A model generated the notes under the pieces. The model searched no databases. It saw nothing but the letters and a program-made list of their open reading frames with translations, and was not told the DNA's origin. A stretch of 40,662 nt of DNA. Origin: Gaiellaceae bacterium. Its GTDB lineage: Bacteria; Actinomycetota; Thermoleophilia; Gaiellales; Gaiellaceae. Below are positions 35,596 to 40,662 of the stretch, piece after piece (position 1 is the first letter of the stretch; each line of letters starts with the position of its first letter). The position numbers were made by a program, and so were the translations under genes. The stretch lies in NCBI GenBank assembly GCA_046594035.1, contig JBKJQL010000033.1, forward strand, positions 1 through 40,662, given 5' to 3'.

Positions 35596-35870
35596 GCGTC
35601 CTCCGCGCCGATCACCTCGGCCAGCGCGTCCGCGAGCCCGGGTTTCTTCGCGAGCTCCTGGCGCAGGCGTGACACGTCCCGCTCGCGCAGGGTGATGGGG
35701 CCGCGCCGGGTCGTCCCGTCGGTCGAATAGGCGAAGCGCACCAGGCGCTCGCCCCGGTCGTTCTCGAGTAGTTCGACGACGGAGGCGAATCGCTTGTCCC
35801 CGACACGCTGCGGGAGCCGCAACTGCTCGACGAGCGTAGCCGGGCCCCAGGGGGTTGTGATCTTGGACAT
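35592..35870 (-). CDS. Hypothetical 92 aa protein
   Basis: MSKITTPWGPATLVEQLRLPQRVGDKRFASVVELLENDRGERLVRFAYSTDG.. No motif recognised. CTAG stop-stop overlap with purQ. Confidence 0.45.
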   Translation of the reverse strand: MSKITTPWGPATLVEQLRLPQRVGDKRFASVVELLENDRGERLVRFAYSTDGTTRRGPITLRERDVSRLRQELAKKPGLADALAEVIGAEDA

Positions 35871-35981
35871 GGAGCGAACCTAGCCCCGGAACTGCAACGC
35901 GTGGGAAACGCGTGTGTCACGAAACTGTGAAAGGTTCTCCACCGAGGTTTGCATTCGCCACCACACGCGCAACCCCAACTG

Positions 35982-37241
35982 ATGAGCCACCGCGTCCCAC
36001 TGCTCCTGTCCGTCATCGCCCTGCTGCTCGCAGTCGCGCCGCACGGGTCCGCAGCGCCGGGCGTCAAGTACGGCCTGACGGACGACGCGTGGCTCGTCCA
36101 CAGCTCCGGCTCACTGGAGTCGCGGCTCGCGAAGCTCGACACGATCGGCGTGACAGTCGTGCGGTTCACGCTGCGCTGGGATCAGATCGCCAGCACGCGT
36201 CCGACGACCCCAGCTGACCCGACGGACACCGCCTACGACTGGAGCGGCAGCGACCCCGTGCTCGACGGCCTCAGGCAACACGGGATCGAAGTCGTCCTCC
36301 AACTTGTCGGAACGCCCCGGTGGGCGAACGGCGGCAAGCCGTCCAACTACGTGCCGACCAGCAGCGCCACGTTCGGCGCATTCGCGTCAGCCGCCGCGCA
36401 GCAGTACCCGTGGGTGCGCAAGTGGGTGATCTGGAACGAGCCGAATCAGGCGCGGTGGCTGCGGCCGACGACGGCGCCGATCTACACCTTCCGCCTGCTG
36501 AATCCCGCGTACGCGGCCATCCACGCTGCGATCCCCGGCGCGCAGGTCGGCGGCGGCGGAACCGCGCCGCGCGGGTCGACCGGCGGCGTCTCGCCGCTCG
36601 CCTGGGTCGCAGGGATGCACGCCGCGCACGCGCGCCTCGATGCGTATGCGCACAACCCGTATCCACTCGTTCCGAAGCGCGAGACACCGCTGACCGGTGG
36701 GTGCGGCCACTGCACGACCGTCACGATGGCGACGCTGAGTCGACTCGTGAAGCTGCTCGGCCGCGACTTCCCGCGCGCCCGAATCTGGCTGACCGAGTAC
36801 GGCTACCAGAGCAATCCGCCCGATCGTCTGCTCGGTGTGCCGCTCGCGCTCCAGTCGCGCTACGTCAGCGAGGGCGCGTACGCGGCATACCGCGCACCCA
36901 AAGTCGACCTGCTGATCCACTTCCTCTATCGCGACGAACCGGATCTTGCGCGCTTCCAGAGTGGACTCGTTACGCTGACCAACGCCGTCAAGCCGGCGTA
37001 CAACGCGTACCGGCTTCCCTTGGCGCAGATCTCGCGCTCGACGCTCTGGGGACAGTTGCGCGCACCGGCCGCAGGATCGACTGCGCGGATCGAGCGGCAC
37101 GTCGGAAGACGCTGGCAGACGCTCGCAACAGTGCGCGCAGGCGCCGGTCGCTACTTCCGCTGGAGCGGCACGCTCCCCCGCGGCGCGCAGGTGCGCGTGC
37201 ATGCCGGCTCGCTCGTCGGCGCCACCCTCACGATTCACTAG
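35982..37241 (+). CDS. Secreted clan GH-A glycoside hydrolase (cellulase-family-like)
   Basis: Signal peptide MSHRVPLLLSVIALLLAVAPHGSA. VRFTLRWD..RKWVIWNEPN (acid/base Glu context)..IWLTEYGY (nucleophile Glu context). The track ORF starts at 35949. Confidence 0.7.
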   Translation: MSHRVPLLLSVIALLLAVAPHGSAAPGVKYGLTDDAWLVHSSGSLESRLAKLDTIGVTVVRFTLRWDQIASTRPTTPADPTDTAYDWSGSDPVLDGLRQHGIEVVLQLVGTPRWANGGKPSNYVPTSSATFGAFASAAAQQYPWVRKWVIWNEPNQARWLRPTTAPIYTFRLLNPAYAAIHAAIPGAQVGGGGTAPRGSTGGVSPLAWVAGMHAAHARLDAYAHNPYPLVPKRETPLTGGCGHCTTVTMATLSRLVKLLGRDFPRARIWLTEYGYQSNPPDRLLGVPLALQSRYVSEGAYAAYRAPKVDLLIHFLYRDEPDLARFQSGLVTLTNAVKPAYNAYRLPLAQISRSTLWGQLRAPAAGSTARIERHVGRRWQTLATVRAGAGRYFRWSGTLPRGAQVRVHAGSLVGATLTIH

Positions 37242-37615
37242 AGCGGCTGGCCGAACGCGATGTCGTGCCCGTCCGGGTCCTGCGTCCCGAACTCGCGGAA
37301 CCCGTGCGGCGCGTCGTAGATCGTGTAGTCGATCGGCGCGCCGCGCTCCTGAAGTTCCGCGTAGATCGCATCCGCGTCGTCGACGCGGATGTACACGTTC
37401 CAGGTCTTGTCGACGATCTTCCAGTTCGGGACGATCGCAGCCGGGTCAGGGCAGAGCGCCAGCAGGACTGATGCGTCGTCGCGGGACGCGGACGCGAAAT
37501 TGGGCGGCTCGCCGTACAGCTCGCATTCGAACCCGAGCCGGTCACGCCAGAACTCGACAGCTTGCTCGATGCTCGAGACGAGCAGAACCGCAGAGCTGCC
37601 GGTCAGACGCGTCAC
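37238..37615 (-). CDS. VOC-family protein (glyoxalase / bleomycin-resistance-like), 125 aa
   Basis: LLVSSIEQAVEFWRDRLGFE..VYIRVDDADAIYAEL..FGTQDPDGHDIAF. GTG 37615 overlaps the GST stop as GTGA. The track ORF is over-extended to 37939. Confidence 0.8.
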   Translation of the reverse strand: MTRLTGSSAVLLVSSIEQAVEFWRDRLGFECELYGEPPNFASASRDDASVLLALCPDPAAIVPNWKIVDKTWNVYIRVDDADAIYAELQERGAPIDYTIYDAPHGFREFGTQDPDGHDIAFGQPL

Positions 37616-38214
37616 GCCTCGATCGGGACGTGTCCTGGTTCGCGCGCGACGCGCTGCAGCCACGCCTCGAGCGCCGGATAGCGATCGAGCTCGAACCCGC
37701 CCTCGCCTGCCACGTGCGTGTACGCGTAGAGCGCGATGTCCGCGAGCGTCATCCCGTTCCCGACGAGCCACGAGCGGCCGTCGAGCTGGCGTTCCATCGC
37801 GTCCAGCGCGCGGTACCCCGCGGCGCGTCGTTCGTCGAGACGATCCGCGAAGTCCTCCCGCGGACGTCCCGAGTACGCGAGCCAAAAGCGCACGACGGCA
37901 ATCGCGGGCTCGTGGTCGTACTGCTCGAAGAACATCCACTGCAGCACCTGCGCGCGCTCGTACGCGTCGTCGGGAACGAACCGCGTTCCTTCGCCGAAGT
38001 ACCAGATGATCGCGCCGGACTCGCCAAGCGTGCGTCCGTCGTCGAGCACGAGCGTCGGCACGCGAAGTGCAGGATTGAGACCGCCGAGAACACCCGGCCG
38101 ATTCGAGCGGTCCACGACCGAGAGCTCCTCACGCTCGTACTCGATGCCGAGGTGCGCGAGGATCAGCCGAACCTTGTAACAGTTGCCCGAGACCTGGCTG
38201 TTGTAGAGCAGCAT
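37612..38214 (-). CDS. Glutathione S-transferase family protein
   Basis: MLLYNSQVSGNCYKVRLILAHLGI..NPALRVPTLVLDDGRTLGESGAIIWY..MTLADIALYAY. ATG 38214 is preferred; the track ORF extends to 38523. Confidence 0.85.
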   Translation of the reverse strand: MLLYNSQVSGNCYKVRLILAHLGIEYEREELSVVDRSNRPGVLGGLNPALRVPTLVLDDGRTLGESGAIIWYFGEGTRFVPDDAYERAQVLQWMFFEQYDHEPAIAVVRFWLAYSGRPREDFADRLDERRAAGYRALDAMERQLDGRSWLVGNGMTLADIALYAYTHVAGEGGFELDRYPALEAWLQRVAREPGHVPIEA

Positions 38215-38302
38215 CGGAAAGACGCTAGCGACTCCCGGCGGTCTCGCGCAATTCGCAGGGCCGCCGCTTTGCGAGCTCATCGGCCCGTGCGATAGTCGAA
38301 CA

Positions 38303-39238
38303 ATGCCGAACGACGGGATCCTCGCCACGATCGGCAACACGCCGCTCGTGCGCCTGCAGCGCATCGTTCCGGCGAGTGGCACGGAGATCTGGGTCAAGCT
38401 CGAATACCGCAACCCGACCGGTTCGATGAAAGACCGCATGGGGCTCTCGATGATCGGGGGAGCCGAGCGAGACGGCCTGATCGAGCCGGGAACGACGATC
38501 GTCGAGTACACCGGCGGCAGCACAGGCCCTGCACTCGCGCTCGTCTGCCGCGCGAAGGGCTACCGCGCGCGGATCGTCATCTCGGAGTGCTTCAGCGAGG
38601 AACGCGTGCAGCTGATGCGTGCGCTAGGCGGGGAGCTCGAACTGATCCCGGCCGTCGAGGGGCGAGGCCGTGTCACCGCACAGGACATCCGCAACATGGT
38701 CGAGCGCGCCGCCGAGCTCGCGCGCGAGCCCGGGATGTACGCGACCGACCAATTCAACAATCCGTACGTCATCCCGGGCAATCGCGAGCTGCTGGGGCGC
38801 GAGATCTGGGAGCAGACGGGCGGTGAGGTGACAGCGTTCTGCCACGGGATCGGCACCGCAAGCTCGCTGATGGGCGTATCCCAGGCGCTGAAGGCGCACA
38901 GCCCCGAGGTCCGAATCGTCGCACTCGAGCCTGCCGGCTCCGCGGCGATCACCGGCGGGCCGGCAGGTTCGTTCGCCATGCAAGGCTGGACCGGAATAGT
39001 GCCTCCGCACTGGGACGCCGACCGGGTCGACGACATCTGGCCGATCGAAGACGACGACGCGATCGCGATGACGCTCCGGCTCGCCCGCGAGGAGGGAATC
39101 TTCGCGGGCATCTCGACGGGCGCGAACGTCGTCGGCGCGTTGCGGCTCGCGGAGGAGCTGCCGTCGGGCTCCGTCGTCGTGACGCTCGCCGTGGACAGCG
39201 GCTTCAAGTACATGGGCGGCCCGCCGTACGGCGTCTAG
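38303..39238 (+). CDS. Cysteine synthase family PLP enzyme (CysK/CysM/CBS fold)
   Basis: IGNTPLVRL..KLEYRNPTGSMKDRM (PLP Lys)..EYTGGSTGPALA..GIGTASSLMG. Confidence 0.9.
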   Translation: MPNDGILATIGNTPLVRLQRIVPASGTEIWVKLEYRNPTGSMKDRMGLSMIGGAERDGLIEPGTTIVEYTGGSTGPALALVCRAKGYRARIVISECFSEERVQLMRALGGELELIPAVEGRGRVTAQDIRNMVERAAELAREPGMYATDQFNNPYVIPGNRELLGREIWEQTGGEVTAFCHGIGTASSLMGVSQALKAHSPEVRIVALEPAGSAAITGGPAGSFAMQGWTGIVPPHWDADRVDDIWPIEDDDAIAMTLRLAREEGIFAGISTGANVVGALRLAEELPSGSVVVTLAVDSGFKYMGGPPYGV

Positions 39239-40446
39239 GAGAAGAGCGGTGCGAGGTGCGCGTTCAAGAACGTGTCCGCCGGGTCGAGCGCGCGTCGCGT
39301 CGCGATGAAGTCGTTTGCCCGCGGATAGCGCGCCAGCAACTGCTGGCGCGTGAGGTAGTGCAGCTTGCCCCAGTGCACGCGCGCGTCGAAGGTGCCGAGC
39401 AGACGGTCGACGTCGCGGAGGTAGGAGTCGTAGTCGGTTCCCGGCGTTCCCGAGACCGAGATGACCACCGTGTCCCGCTCGTAGCTGTGCGAAAGAAACG
39501 CATCATCGCGGCCGACCGTACGCACCTCCATTGGGAAGACCGAGACCGGGAGGCTCGCCAGCATCAGCTCGCGCATCGCGGCAAGTGCTTCGCGACCGCG
39601 CTCGAACGGGACGAAATACTCGAGCTCGTGGAAGTTCGGGTCGTAGACCATGGGATAGATAACGTGCGCCGGGCCGACGCGCGCGTGCTTGACGTCCGAA
39701 TCCGCGACTGAATCGTCGACCTCGTCGTAGATCTTCACGTGGCACTCGTCCGCGTTCGCCTCGAGGCCGTACAGCACGGCGGACTCGCGCGACGGCATCC
39801 AGAAGAACGAGTAGTGCCGATGTCGGCGCGCGAGCTCCTCGAACGCCCCCCAGGCCTCGTCCCAGGACCAGTTTCCGACCCGCTCGCGCAGCCGGTACGC
39901 GGGCGCGACCTCCAGCTCGACCTCGGTGATAACGCCGAGCATTCCCACCGAGACCTGGGCGGCATGCAACAAGTCGGGATCGTCCTCGCCGATCTCGGCG
40001 ATATCGCCGGCAGCCGTCACGAGCCGCAGGCGCCGCACACCCGACGAGAAGCTGCCGAGGCGAAGCCCCGAGCCGTGCGTCGCCGTTGAGATCGCACCGG
40101 CGATCTGCTGGGCGACGATGTCGCCCTGATTCGCCAGCGCGAGACCCTCGGACCACAATGGCTCGCCGAACTCGCCGATCGTGGTCGATGGCCCGACGAT
40201 CACGCGCCGGCGTTCAGCGTCGATGGAGCGAATGCCACCGAGGCCGCTCAGGTCGAGCAGCAGTCCATCCGTGGCCACGACCGGGGTGAACGAATGACCC
40301 GCTCCCGCGGCACGTACGGAGAGGCCTCGGCTCACCGCAGCCGTGACGAGCGTTGCAACCTGATCCTCGCTCTGCGGCGCGGCCCGCTCGTCCGGGCTGC
40401 AGGACTGGTTCCCGACCCAGTTCGTCCAGGTGCTCACTGCCGCCAT
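39235..40446 (-). CDS. FAD-linked oxidase of the D-arabinono-/L-gulono-1,4-lactone oxidase family
   Basis: WTNWVGNQSC..VRAAGAGHSF..IAGAISTATHGSG..HWGK (ALO C-terminal domain). CTAG stop-stop overlap with the cysteine synthase gene. Confidence 0.85.
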   Translation of the reverse strand: MAAVSTWTNWVGNQSCSPDERAAPQSEDQVATLVTAAVSRGLSVRAAGAGHSFTPVVATDGLLLDLSGLGGIRSIDAERRRVIVGPSTTIGEFGEPLWSEGLALANQGDIVAQQIAGAISTATHGSGLRLGSFSSGVRRLRLVTAAGDIAEIGEDDPDLLHAAQVSVGMLGVITEVELEVAPAYRLRERVGNWSWDEAWGAFEELARRHRHYSFFWMPSRESAVLYGLEANADECHVKIYDEVDDSVADSDVKHARVGPAHVIYPMVYDPNFHELEYFVPFERGREALAAMRELMLASLPVSVFPMEVRTVGRDDAFLSHSYERDTVVISVSGTPGTDYDSYLRDVDRLLGTFDARVHWGKLHYLTRQQLLARYPRANDFIATRRALDPADTFLNAHLAPLFS

Positions 40447-40483
40447 CCCAACACATCGGTCGCCGCGCCGCTAATCATCTGGG

Positions 40484-40662
40484 TCAACCTGTTCCCGGCT
40501 CGCCACGTGGGAGGTCGACGAAAAAGACAGCTCCGCGCTCGACTGGGAGCACCCCGACCCGACCGCGCATCCGGCTGACGAGCTCGCGCGTGATGTACAG
40601 GCCGAGGCCAGTCCCGGCAACGCCCGACGCCTGCGACGGATCGCGGCGAAAGAACTTCTCGA
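40484..40662 (-). CDS. Histidine kinase C-terminus (HATPase_c G2 box); 5-prime part off-window
   Basis: The minus frame from 40660 reads EKFFRRDPSQASGVAGTGLGLYITRELVSRMRGRVGVLPVERGAVFFVDLP..* with TGA at 40484-40486. Confidence 0.75.
   Translation of the reverse strand, partial: EKFFRRDPSQASGVAGTGLGLYITRELVSRMRGRVGVLPVERGAVFFVDLPRGEPGTG

Overview
A roughly 70% GC chromosomal segment with Actinobacteria-type synteny; the taxon is my inference (Thermoleophilia/Rubrobacteria-like) and no search was run. Most of the window is core genome. It holds RNase P RNA, lexA with an SOS box, tRNA-Leu, secG, an orphan ABC permease pair behind a split acyl-CoA mutase, a fused moaD-moaE, and selA-selB plus tRNA-Sec. 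It also holds rpsF-ssb-rpsR-rplI-dnaB, purA, fdhD-mobA and purD/E/B/C/S/Q. Genes are tightly packed: there are many ATGA/GTGA start-stop overlaps, four CTAG stop-stop overlaps, and several apparently leaderless genes. The only clear accessory module is an AbiEi/AbiEii toxin-antitoxin pair (778..2786) beside rnpB, and its toxin carries a C-terminal WYL-like domain. The leads I rate highest are: (1) two tandem paralogous Cys/His-motif mini-proteins translationally coupled to dnaB; (2) a cluster of DnaA-box-like motifs in paired inverted orientation upstream of dnaB; (3) the AbiEii-WYL fusion; (4) a homologous 65-85 nt element directly after the purA and purB stop codons; (5) the MoaD-MoaE fusion coupled to an M50 protease and a LOG-family gene. 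I saw no CRISPR array, integrase, transposase or rRNA. Many long ORFs in the track are antisense or N-terminally extended high-GC artefacts, so several starts were re-picked by reading the sequence. All calls come from motif recognition by eye.
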